In this document: positions 51,288 to 63,512 of the stretch, piece by piece
How positions within the stretch are numbered: the stretch's first letter is position 1
How the letters are laid out: every line of letters begins with the position of its first letter
Assembly (NCBI RefSeq): GCF_001194135.2
Contig: NC_068991.1
Span: 16,668,638 to 16,732,637, forward strand
Source: Octopus bimaculoides
Taxonomy: Eukaryota
Reading direction: 5' to 3'
Length of the DNA stretch: 64,000 nucleotides
Program-made: the position numbers and the translations under genes
The notes under the pieces: model-generated
The model's input: the letters and a program-made list of their open reading frames with translations, nothing else
Told to the model about the DNA's origin: nothing
Databases searched by the model: none

Positions 51288-51497
51288 GTATATATAAATA
51301 TATATAAAGGAGACAACTAGGTGGACTGTTAATGCGCTAGAAGAAGATCACATGTAATGTGTCTACTAAGACCAAGTTGTTCTCAAAGGAAATTTCCTTT
51401 GAGAACAATTCAGTCTTAGTAGACATATTACATGTGATCTTCTTCTAGCACATTAGCAGTCCACCTAGTGGTCTCCTTTATATATATTTATATATAC
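51288..51497. repeat. 105-bp-arm spacerless palindrome
   Basis: Centre GGAAA|TTTCC at 51392/51393: 7 mismatches, no indels. Confidence 0.9.
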
Positions 51498-51620
51498 GTA
51501 TATATANNNNNNNNNNNNNNNNNNNNNNNNNNNNNNNNNNNNNNNNNNNNNNNNNNNNNNNNNNNNNNNNNNNNNNNNNNNNNNNNNNNNNNNNNNNNNN
51601 NNNNNNNNNNNNNNNNNNNN

Positions 51621-51653
<33 letters not shown>

Positions 51654-53819
51654 CTTCCAAATAAACAAGAGCTAACAAGTGACCTACTGCTATGGATGCC
51701 AAAGCCTGGCTGTACATGATGAGCTGGTTGTCCGAACACTACATATATAGATCAACTCAGCAGAGACACTGGATGCTTCCCTGAAGACTTTGCTCAACTA
51801 ATGTAGAACCAAGGCGATGGTGTGTGCAGGTTAAAAATGTCTGAGAAAGCTCAACCAGACGATGATGAATGACCAGTTGCAATTGTTTTGGTATCACTCT
51901 GTTTTTACTGTTGAATGCAAAAGTTCCAAGTGGAAAGTTACATAATATTTGCAGCTTTAAGCATTAAAGTGACGTTTCATTAGACTTGCATCAAAAAGTG
52001 CACTCTTACATTTTGTGTCTGTCAAGCATTGTGTGTTGCTTATATCAAGAGAGATCATCTAATGAAATTATAGTGTGTCAAGTTTGATGTCTTTAACCCA
52101 TTAACTACAAATTTAGACTTCCTGATTATTCCAGCAATGATTTTCAATATCTATCAAAAAACTAGACTTGGTATTTTCTGCAAATCACATTGCCTCAATA
52201 AACTTGACATATCACAACAGAAAATAGTTTCAAACATCACATTCCTCAACATAAGCTAGACGTATATAAAACTGCTTTCTGCATTTAAGGGTAATGAAAC
52301 TTTGAGTGGATATATCTACTTTCTGCTGTAAATGGAGTTAAAGCAATATTGATCATACTAAGGTTGAATAAAATTTTTAGTTCTGTTTTTATTTTTGCTT
52401 TTTTTTTTTTTTTTCTAATTCTTTCTCAAAATTCCAAATCAAATGAAGCCATACCTTACAGCTACAGAACACAAACACTTGAAACGATCAATGGCCTGCA
52501 TTATTTATTTCTCCTACACTGCAATTGGATGTTTTCCTATCTCTGTTTAATAACGGATTCAAATTTTTATACATGGCCAGTAATTTTAGGGAAGTGGCTA
52601 AGTCGATTATGAAAGACAAAGTCGACCTCAGCAGAATTTGAACTCAGAACGTAAAGACAGACAAAACGGCGCTAAGCATTTCACTTAGCATGCGCACAAT
52701 TGTCAGCTCACTGCCTTTATATCTCTGTTTAAAAACAGCCAATATCAAGGTTGGCAAGTTGACTGATTTCTCCAGTTACACTTTACATTGTATAGAGAGG
52801 AGGAGAGAGTTATAGTAAGAGGTGCAGGATGAGTGCATATACTAGGTTTGGTAGCAGGCAAGGAGTAAATGAATGCTACACACACACACACATACACAAT
52901 GAGAAAGAATAAGTAAAACGGGGGAAGAAGAGAAAATAAGTGACAGTGTAATGAATAAAATTTTCTTGAATTTAGTATTAATCACATCATTTTTGTATAT
53001 GAACCAAGAAATTTGATAAAAATCTAAATTATAATTATCAGATAGATGTCATGTTTCCTGATATTAATGTTGGCAAAAGCATATTTCCAAAGTTACCCGT
53101 TATACGACAAGTAACACNNNNNNNNNNNNNNNNNNNNNNNNNNNNNNNNNNNNNNNNNNNNNNNNNNNNNNNNNNNNNNNNNNNNNNNNNNNNNNNNNNN
53201 NNNNNNNNNNNNNNNNNTGCCCCAGCATGGCCGCAGTCAAATGACTGAAACAAGTAAAAGAGTATATTTTAGGTATGCCACACCTTTTCGTTATTTTTAG
53301 CAATCCTTGTCGTGACATACAAAAAGTTGTCTAGAAATCAACAAAAGAAAGGCTTTCGGATATTCTCAATAAATTTAATTCGCTAGCAATTAGATGTATC
53401 TGTGCGTTTGTTAATGTGTTTTTATGTATGTATGTATGTGAGTGACAGACAGACACACGCATACATACGTATGTACATACATACATAAACACATTCATAA
53501 ACAATACATTGGTAATATCATTCATACTGGTGTGAAAAGCAGCTGAAGAACTCAATAGTACATCTTATTCAAAATTGAGAACGAGTCGTCGCTCAGTGTT
53601 TTACCTTCACAATCTGATTAATATGTACATACATACATGTGTGTGTGTGTGTGTTTGCGCTCAGGAGTGGCTGTGAGGTAAGAAGCTTGCTTCCCAACCA
53701 CATAGTTCCGGGTTCAGTCCCACTGCGTGGCACCTTGAGCAAGTGTCTTCTACTGTAGTCTCGAGTCGACCAAAGCCTTGTGAGTGGATTTGGTAGACGG
53801 AAAATGAAAGAAGCCCGTC

Positions 53820-53858
<39 letters not shown>

Positions 53859-56693
53859 NNNNNNNNNNTGAAACAAGAATATATATATATTACTCTTTTA
53901 CTTGTTTCAGTCATTTGACTGCGGCCATGCTAGAGCACCGCCTTTATAGTCGAGCAAATCGACCCCAGAGCTTATTCTATCGGTCTCTTGCCGAACCGCT
54001 ATGTTACACACCAGCATCGGTTGTCAAGCGACGTTGGGGGGGGGGGGGCAAACAGACACATAAACACACACACACATATATCTATCTATCTATCAATATA
54101 TATATATATATATCCACACACACATTCACAACTGACATACTTATATACATCGATAACGATCAAGAACTAAAACCAGTTACTTTTACAACTCCGTTGGAAT
54201 GCTGACAATTTTATTTCGAGTTATATATATTCCGCTCCTTTCACCCTCGTTAGGAAAACAAAGTTTTATTTAAACAAGAGTCAATGACAGATTTCCAAAC
54301 TCTATATAGTCACTCACATCACCTGTTAGACATAGCAGCTAAATCTTCCTCAAAACACACTCTATAGTCGCAACAACAAAAGAATAATAACTCTAATGAA
54401 GGAATAATACATTAGATAATGTAGTGCTAGATACTAAATGTCTGATAATAGACAGTTATGATTGGAATACCAATAGTCATGGGCCTGCTTCATTTAGGCT
54501 GACTTGATGTTAAACAACAACAACAAAAGTTGTTTAAATTCAGTGTTGAAAGAGAAACAAAAATTTTATCTTATCAGAGATCATACTTAAGTTTCTGACA
54601 ATACGATCGTAGATTTCAAAACTTTTAAAAAGTTTCAGTTAATAATTATACTTGAACAATTAAGCGAATATGTTTTTGGCAAGAATTCTCTCATTTTGTT
54701 TATTTTGGGGGGTTGTTTTGTTTTTTTTATTGATTAATAACAATTTACATTTGCTAAAACTGTTTTAAAATAGATGTAATGATCGTTATGCAGAGCACTA
54801 TCATTTTGTTAACCACTTGTATGAATGAATAGGCATTTAACTCTATGTGACTATTAAGACCTACTTTCTGAAACTTAAAAGCTCATTACTTGAACTTCAG
54901 AAACAAGATGAATTAAAAATCTCTTAATAGTTTTGCTCGAATTTATGCATGCACGTATACATGATTATATATATATATATATATAAATNNNNNNNNNNNN
55001 NNNNNNNNNNNNNNNNNNNNNNNNNNNNNNNNNNNNNNNNNNNNNNNNNNNNNNNNNNNNNNNNNNNNNNNNNNNNNNNNNNNNNNNNNNNNNNNNNNNN
55101 NNNNNNNNNNNNNNNNNNNNNNNNNNNNNNNNNNNNNNNNNNNNNNNNNNNNNNNNNNNNNNNNNNNNNNNNNNNNNNNNNNNNNNNNNNNNNNNNNNNN
55201 NNNNNNNNNNNNNNNNNNNNNNNNNNNNNNNNNNNNNNNNNNNNNNNNNNNNNNNNNNNNNNNNNNNNNNNNNNNNNNNNNNNNNNNNNNNNNNNNNNNN
55301 NNNNNNNNNNNNNNNNNNNNNNNNNNNNNNNNNNNNNNNNNNNNNNNNNNNNNNNNNNNNNNNNNNNNNNNNNNNNNNNNNNNNNNNNNNNNNNNNNNNN
55401 NNNNNNNNNNNNNNNNNNNNNNNNNNNNNNNNNNNNNNNNNNNNNNNNNNNNNNNNNNNNNNNNNNNNNNNNNNNNNNNNNNNNNNNNNNNNNNNNNNNN
55501 NNNNNNNNNNNNNNNNNNNNNNNNNNNNNNNNNNNNNNNNNNNNNNNNNNNNNNNNNNNNNNNNNNNNNNNNNNNNNNNNNNNNNNNNNNNNNNNNNNNN
55601 NNNNNNNNNNNNNNNNNNNNNNNNNNNNNNNNNNNNNNNNNNNNNNNNNGAAGGCAAGATTAAAAACAAACAAATAAAAAACCTCTACTTATTCCTTGCA
55701 GTTGCGACAAGGAAACAGATGCTATGCCAAGTTGCAAAGAATTCACTGCATCAACAATTGGCAGACACATAAATACACACACACATCAGCAGCTAACATT
55801 CTGTAGAGCCTTTGAGGCCATAATTTACACACATACACATATAGATAGAGATATAGTTATACATATATATTTTTGTGTTTGTTTTTTATACGTGTGTGTT
55901 TAGTATGTAAGTACCTACATAGTGAATGTGTCGATAGTATAAACGATATATAGTGCATGTATGTATACACGTGCATACACACAAAATCACAAAATATATA
56001 CAAAACATTAACAGATACCTCCGCTTATAATCAGTATACATTACAAACGTGTGAGTGTAGATACATATACACACTCACACACATATATATATAAACAGAT
56101 AGATAGAGTGACAGATACAGAGAGAGAGAGAGAGAAATGGTTATAAAGCATGTATGGATGTTAAATAAGATAGATAGATAGATATTACTTATGAGATGGA
56201 TAGTTAGAATATATGAATACGTGGAAGGACTGATGTATATTGGTTCCGAGGGGAAATTTAGGTTTGATCCATATTGTAAGTGTCCAAGTGTTGACATAGA
56301 ATTGGATACACACACATACATATATACATATCTATATATATATATATATATATATATNNNNNNNNNNNNNNNNNNNNNNNNNNNNNNNNNNNNNNNNNNN
56401 NNNNNNNNNNNNNNNNNNNNNNNNNNNNNNNNNNNNNNNNNNNNNNNNNNNNNNNNNNNNNNNNNNNNNNNNNNNNNNNNNNNNNNNNNNNNNNNNNNNN
56501 NNNNNNNNNNNNNNNNNNNNNNNNNNNNNNNNNNNNNNNNNNNNNNNNNNNNNNNNNNNNNNNNNNNNNNNNNNNNNNNNNNNNNNNNNNNNNNNNNNNN
56601 NNNNNNNNNNNNNNNNNNNNNNNNNNNNNNNNNNNNNNNNNATATATATATACATGTACACACACATTATATCTCTATACACACACACATATA

Positions 56694-56724
<31 letters not shown>

Positions 56725-56749
56725 GCAAAATAGATTATTAGCTACTCAC

Positions 56750-56884
56750 CTTTCTGTCGACGAACCCACATGCTATATCCTTTAATGCAGACAGAGTAGG
56801 TTCGCCTTCGATATTCACTTGCTCACGACATAGTCCGATTTGGATCATAAAACTAAGTTTCTCTTTGGGGCCACTTTCTTCCAT
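56750..56884 (-). CDS. PRKD: First coding exon (45 codons) of a serine/threonine protein kinase D (PKD/PKC-mu family)
   Basis: Translates to MEESGPKEKLSFMIQIGLCREQVNIEGEPTLSALKDIACGFVDRK. This resembles the PKD N-terminal motif as I recall it (SFxLQIGLSRE...SLAHVREMACSIVDQK). The ATG is in a strong context (aaaacgATGG) with an in-frame TAA upstream. The exon ends in a phase-0 AAG|GTGAGT donor at 56750/56749. Confidence 0.9.
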
Positions 56885-57149
56885 CGTTTTTTGAGAGTGT
56901 AACTGCAAATCCGTATTAAACCCCCCCAATCCAGACCACTTTCTTTTCCCCCCTAAACACGTTTATATTGTTGGTTTTTAATTTATATTCAACTTCGGAT
57001 TCTAAAATTGAGAAAACGTTAAACTTTTAGTGGATTTTTTAAAAATATATAAATAGCGTAATGATTTTTTTTTCTCAAACGAGGGAATAGAAAACTTGCG
57101 AATTGCTATCGAAGAGAGAAATACATGTATATGTATTTATATGTGTTAA

Positions 57150-57340
57150 TATAAATAAAATAAATAAAAAAAATTCCAGTCGGCTAGCAAGCGTACGACT
57201 GGCCATCCAGGCTCAGAGAATCCACCACGCACTCCTTTACTTAGACGCAAACACGTCCGCATATATGCATATAAGTGACGATTGGCGCGCACCTACACAA
57301 CATACACTTTGACAGGCGCGCGCATATACATATACACACT
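57150..57340 (-). promoter_or_regulatory. Candidate proximal promoter / 5' UTR start of the PKD gene
   Basis: CpG-enriched patch (cgtacg, cacgtccgc, ggcgcgc, gcgcgc) in an otherwise CpG-poor window. CCAAT on the minus strand at 57285-57281 next to a TGACG half-site, about 300-450 bp upstream of the ATG. Confidence 0.35.
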
Positions 57341-58169
57341 CACACACGCTCACTTGAACACACTGAGAGAGAGACAGAGAGACAAACAGACAGAGAAACA
57401 GATAGAGATACACATGAGAGGAAAGAGAGAGAGAGTAATAGACATAAGCAGAAAGAGAGTGGGGAAAAGATTTAGAAATACATACATATAAGCAGAGAGA
57501 GAGAGGCGCATAGCAATACATAGACACACACACATTCATTCATTCATTCATACACAGAAACAAACAAGCAGACAGACGGACAGGCAGGCAGGTACGAACC
57601 ACTAGCACAACACATGTCTTATTCATATGTGTACATACATATTTTTACGCATATCTTCAGTAGAGACGTTTGTTCATACATGTCACTCTCAAAACATACA
57701 TACATGATATATGTATGTATATATATAACTACACATGATATATGTATGTGTGCATATATACATATATATATACACTACAGGCATACACATTTATGTATAT
57801 ATATCAAGCGAGAGACGGCTTCCCTCTCTTATATATAGAGGAGAATCCCGTCTTATATATAAATATATATGACAGGATATATACGACTCGTGTGTGTGTT
57901 TATTTTATATATAACATATACATAATTACACAGAATCTTTTTGTATACATATATGTGTGTGTGTATATATATATATATATATAACCCAAAGAGGAGGGAA
58001 TCCCACTCCCTTTTGTATACATATATATATAAATAGAGAGAGGGGGAGAGAAAGACAGAAGATAGGATTTCTCTTTGCCTTTATAAAGTGAGAGAGTTAG
58101 GGGTTGGGAGTGTGTGAAAATCATTGACGGAATGAAAGGAGTAAACGAAAGAAGAAAGAAAGAAAGAGA

Positions 58170-58205
58170 AGGAAGTCCGAAAGCTTCCGGTATGGGCGGC
58201 GACAG
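58170..58205. promoter_or_regulatory. ETS-site / GC-box cluster, possible second or divergent promoter
   Basis: GGAAGT (58171-76), CTTCCGG (58184-90) and GGGCGG (58194-99) within 30 bp of unique sequence. Confidence 0.3.
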
Positions 58206-58367
58206 TTGTTGTCACAGCACTGTCTTTTTCCCAGCATGCCTCATTCCCTGTCAAATTGTCACATTTTACCCTACTCTTTTCTCTTGCCACCACCCTGCAA
58301 ATTGCTTCCAGCACTTGTTTTAATACTATTTAACACCCCCGTCACTATACCCGGACACAGCACGAAT

Positions 58368-58402
<35 letters not shown>

Positions 58403-58591
58403 CTCTCTCTTTCGCTCTAGCTCTCTCCTTATTTCTTTGTATGGTATATATATATATGTATCTCTCTGTCTATCTGAGAATTTTGGTTCATTTATTTTCA
58501 GCCACCCGAAATTCCATAGACAAAAGCCATATAGCAGAGGATTTTACTTGTATCTACGCGTGTGTATATAAATATTTGTGTGTGTGTGTGT

Positions 58592-58626
<35 letters not shown>

Positions 58627-58627
58627 C

Positions 58628-58662
<35 letters not shown>

Positions 58663-58670
58663 TTCTTTTA

Positions 58671-58806
58671 TTTCTTTCAGTTGTTTGACTGCGCCATGCT
58701 GGAGCACCGCCTTTCAGCCGAAGAAATCGACGCCATGACTTATTCTTTGCTAAGTTACGGGGACGTAAACACACCTACGGTTGTCAAACGATCGTGGAGG
58801 GCACAA

Positions 58807-58841
<35 letters not shown>

Positions 58842-59010
58842 CACACACGACGGGCTTCTTTCAGTTTCCGTCTACCAAATCCACTCACAAGGCTTTGGTC
58901 GGACCGAGGCTATAATAGAAGACACTTGCCCAAGGTGCCACACAGTGACATTGAACCCGGAACCATGTGGTTGGGAAGCAAGCTTCTTACCACACAGCCA
59001 TGCCTGCACC
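58671..59010 (-). mobile_element. Family A SINE with internal deletion
   Basis: Same modules as 7520-7900. Confidence 0.75.
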
Positions 59011-60419
59011 TATTATATCTAATAAATTCATATATATNNNNNNNNNNNNNNNNNNNNNNNNNNNNNNNNNNNNNNNNNNNNNNNNNNNNNNNNNNNNNNN
59101 NNNNNNNNNNNNNNNNNNNNNNNNNNNNNNNNNNNNNNNNNNNNNNNNNNNNNNNNNNNNNNNNNNNNNNNNNNNNNNNNNNNTATATATATATATATTT
59201 GTATGTATGTATATATGTGTGTCCATAAATAGATACATGCATACAGACATATCTCAAACGTAAATAGATTCCATCATTTTTGAAAGATTTATTTCTCTTT
59301 CGCTGTTTACTCGTCAAAGAAGAGGTTTCTTTTTCACTGCTCTACCATGTGGCTGCCAAGTGGATAAAGACATCCCCATAGAAGTACTCCAACTCATTGG
59401 AGTTGTTCTGCAACATTACCCACCTTACAACAGAGATTATTTTCAACAGTCCATCTGACAGCCCAAAAGACATCTTGTCAGAGGACCCAGTTCAACTTGA
59501 GTAGGATGTTGTTGATTTCTTTCTTTTGCAGGTGAATTGTACAATTACTCTGCTGACTGCAGCAAGAGGAATCCCCAAAAAAGGTTTTATGCAATCTTTA
59601 GCTGGCTAAAGCTTAGATTCACCCACAGAACACCCTCTTTGAAGATCAGTACTTGTGTGTGTGCAAGCGCGCATGCACGTATGTGTTTGTTTTTTTATAT
59701 ATATAGTGACATATTTGCTTACCAACTAACCCCTTCTTCCTAGTTACATTCTTTTGAAAACCCCCTGAACCTGAAACTGACACACCTGATTACGAAGTTC
59801 TGCATGCATATTCTATATGCATGAATAAATTCTGCACAATAGCAAAACCCCAAATTTAATCAATAAAAATGTTCCATAACACCTCTCCATCACAGCCTAA
59901 CCTATAAGGGCTGCATGTATCGGTATTCTACATGTGCACATGTATGTGCATGCACATGCACATGTGCATCTTCACACACATATAATTAAATAAGATTTCA
60001 TTGTAGTATGCTGTGCAAAGCTTGTCCACAGTTATTGGCCACCAGATGTCATTATACAGAGGAAATCCTCTTACTACTGGATGTACATCAGGAATTCCAT
60101 AGTATACAATTATTGTATTTTGTCTGTCACTTTATCTGTGAATTAAGTTCTGTCTGTAAATTGCTGAAAATGATACACTGCTTTGGCTAATCATTTTAAC
60201 ACTGAGTGAAAGAACAGTATGATCTAACAAAAGACTTGTTTAAAACAATCACCTGCAGAAACACATCTAGCACTTTTGTGTGAATGATAGTGATTATACA
60301 ATATACTAATTATATCATCTCACCAATGTACTACAACTGTAAAAATATACTGAAACAACTGTAGTGATTTTAAATAAAGTATATCATTCAATCCATTTTC
60401 TACTATCTTATTTCTTTAT

Positions 60420-60630
60420 TGCCCACAAGGGGCTAAACATAGAGAGGACAAACAAGGACAGACATAGGGATTAAGTCGATTATATCGATCCCCAGTGCGT
60501 AACTGGTACTTAATTTATCGACCCCGAAAGGATGAAAGGCAAAGTCAACCTCAGCGGAATTTGAATGTAACGGCAGACGAAATACCGCAAAGCATTTCAC
60601 CCAATGCGCTAACGTTTCTGCCAGCTTGTC
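60420..60630 (-). mobile_element. SINE family B
   Basis: Reverse complement of 48610-48830. Confidence 0.75.
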
Positions 60631-60785
60631 ATCCATTTTCTACTATCTCTCTATTTGTGTGTGTGTGTGTGTGTGCTTTTTATTAAGGCCAAAAAATTTT
60701 CCCAGATCTTACTCAGAGTTACCCGTTACCATTCATCAGGCAGTTTTGATCATACTGTCCAACAAACAGTAATGTATGTGATCAC

Positions 60786-60827
60786 AACTGTCTGACGAAT
60801 GGTAACATGAAACTTTGAGTAACAGTT
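60786..60827 (+). ncRNA. Type I hammerhead ribozyme motif, apparently intact
   Basis: Stem I AACTGT/ACAGTT, core CTGACGA, stem II ATG-GTAA-CAT, GAAA, stem III ACT-TTG-AGT, cleavage triplet GUA (predicted cut between 60821 and 60822). Confidence 0.75.
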
Positions 60828-61149
60828 TGTGAGGATTTTTTCAGCTTTAATAAAATGCATATTACTCTACCTTTGGTATTTGAGTATTATTGTTTTCATA
60901 TGTTTATGGAACATACTGTTCCAGTGCACTTATCACATATGATGTTTAAGTGCTTTAGTCTACCTGTGATTCCATTATATCTCTTGTGCCTACAGCCTAC
61001 ATTAAGTGGACTGTATGGAGCTTATACCTATTCCTTTTCTGCATACTGAGCAAGACCATTTCCGAAAGGATATCAGGGTCTTGTCTTCTTTCCTTCTAAC
61101 TAAAACTGTCATCTTTGCTAAGTTTATGACCTCTTGATTCCAGGTTTAG

Positions 61150-61530
61150 CTTTCATGCCTGAAATTTCCTCTCTAGTTACTCCAAAGATTCAATTCCATA
61201 GATTCAACACCACCTTCTTATTTTCCATATCAGTGGCAAGTATGTTTTCATCATTCTGAATATTCTTCATACAATGACTTAGCGATTCTCTCTGGCACAC
61301 TTCCTAATGATCCTGAACACTTCACACCAAGTTGCTCTTCTAACCACTTGGTAATGCTCCCTGCTAACCTCTACAACCCCAGGTTTTTCATGCCTGTTTC
61401 TTAGCCTTGACTGTCCTATCAATGGTATCATTCCACCACCATGTTACTCTCAGCTTGATCAGGACTTTGTTCCAGCCACATGTCTGTTCAATGACTCTGA
61501 GCAAGATATTTCATAGAAATTCCCAGATTT
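61150..61530 (-). mobile_element. RTE-clade LINE fragment (between endonuclease and RT)
   Basis: Minus strand gives RVIEQTCGW...LRVTWWWNDTIDRTVKAKKQA*KTW, matching the RTE TWWWN..V...IK.KK.AWK.W motif. Confidence 0.65.
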
Positions 61531-61914
61531 CATCTATGTTACGTGTGTCTAAAATCTACCTCTCTGCAGTTAAATGCATTAGTTAGAATTTCTTGAAATC
61601 TCTTCCCATTCACTGGATCTTTCAGTTTCCATATATCTGTGTTTATATCTATATCTATATCTGTCTACAACCCCCCCCACCACACACACACATGCACACA
61701 CACATAAATGCATACATATACATGTATATATATATGTATATATATGTATGTATATATATATATATATATAATATATATATATATATACAAATTTAGTAAA
61801 TGGAGTAAAACGCATATGTTAAATGAATTCTATTATATATATATATATATGATTGACCGTTGACTGAACACTATTCAATCTTTTTTCTCCGTGTTTTTCT
61901 CCTTGTCTCCGTAT

Positions 61915-61951
61915 TCTTTCTGTTGAAGAGCGTAGCTCGAAACGTCAAAGA
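61915..61951 (+). ncRNA. Minimal hammerhead-like motif with variant core CUGUUGA
   Basis: TCTTT-CTGTTGA-A-GAGC-GTA-GCTC-GAAAC-GTC-AAAGA. Stems I and II pair exactly, and stem III is the self-complementary ACGT. Confidence 0.45.
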
Positions 61952-62079
61952 CTTTCCGTATTCCCGAGCGTCATACTAATATATACTTTTGTTATTTACA
62001 CCACCTGTCCTCGTCTGTTGTTATTATTTGTATATTCTCCTATATATATATATATATATGTATATGAAGATTGAGCTAC

Positions 62080-62115
<36 letters not shown>

Positions 62116-63426
62116 CGATTGTGCTACAACTTGTCTATCATTTCAACATAAAAGCATGCACTAAGCTTCTTTTCTACATAACAGGTAATTTTTTTAAGCC
62201 TAACCTCAACCTCTCTCTCTCCCTCCTTCACTCTCTCTTTCACTATCCCTCTCTCTTTCTCTTTGTTTTTCTCACAGTTTAACTGTTCCTCTCTCTTTCT
62301 CTCTTTCACCTTTTATTTTGTAAAGGATTTTCATTTATTTATTTATTTATTTAACAAAATTGTATTATAATATGTTATTTATAATGTTATTTATACATAG
62401 AAAATACAAATTCTTTTTTATTTTATTTCACTTTTACTGAAGTAAAGAAAATAGGAAAACAGAGTCGATATTTTTATAATTATTTTTAGCTTTTCATTGG
62501 TTATATTTATTATTTATTTATTCATTTATTTAGTTTTACTTTTCCTGAATTAGAAAAAGAAAGGGAAAACTTGTTTTTTTATAATTATTTCTAGCTTTTT
62601 TTTTTGTTGGTTATATTTATTTATTTATTGTTTTAAAAGGAGTGGGGCAGATTCAGTTTTCCCTTTTCTATTTATATATTTTCTCTCCACCTCTTCCTCT
62701 TTCCCCTCTATCTCTCTCTCTCTCCCCTTCTCTCTCTTTCACTCTCTCTCTCTCTCTCTCAGATATTTCATATTCAACTCCTCCCTTGTTTATACCTGTC
62801 TCTCTCACTTTCACTCTTTGTCAGTCTCTCTTTCTCACTCTACACACACATACATTACACACTCACATAGATATATACTTATGTACATATATATATACAC
62901 ACATAAAAATATACATTAACATATGCATGCATGCATTCACATGCATACACATATCTACAAACATACACACAAATGTACATACACACTTCCATACATACAT
63001 ACATACATACATACACACTTCTATACATACATGCATACAGACATAAATACATAAACACTTTCATTTATATATACATATGCTCATGCACACATATGTACAA
63101 GCATAAGTTCATACATACACACATGCATAAATACATATTTACATACATATTTAAATAAATAATTACATACACAACTTACACAGACACACACACACATGCA
63201 TGCAAACATACACATACATACATACATGTGTACATGCGTACTTACATACATACATACATACTCTTTTATTTGTTTCAGTCATTTGACTGTGGCCATGCTG
63301 GAGCACCACCTTTAGTCAAACTGATCAACCTCAGGACTTATTCTTTGTAAGCCTAGTACTTATTCTATCAGTCTCTTTTGCCGAACTGCTAACTTACAGA
63401 ATATGCACACCACTTGTTTTCAGCAT

Positions 63427-63512
63427 TTAGGGTAACGGTTACAGTTAGGTTTAGGGTTAGGGTTAAGTTTAGGGTTAGGGTTTGGTTTAGGGTTAGGTTT
63501 AGGTTTAGGGTT
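63427..63512 (+). repeat. Degenerate interstitial telomere-like tract (TTAGGG/TTTAGG)
   Basis: ttagggtaacggttacagttaggtttagggttagggttaagtttagggttaggg..., one orientation only. Confidence 0.7.

Noticed and set aside
1979-59317. Long ORFs containing X runs (e.g. 37826-38767, 46309-47292, 47696-48716, 54924-55677)
   Set aside because: They are open only because N gaps and (TA)n contain no stop codons.
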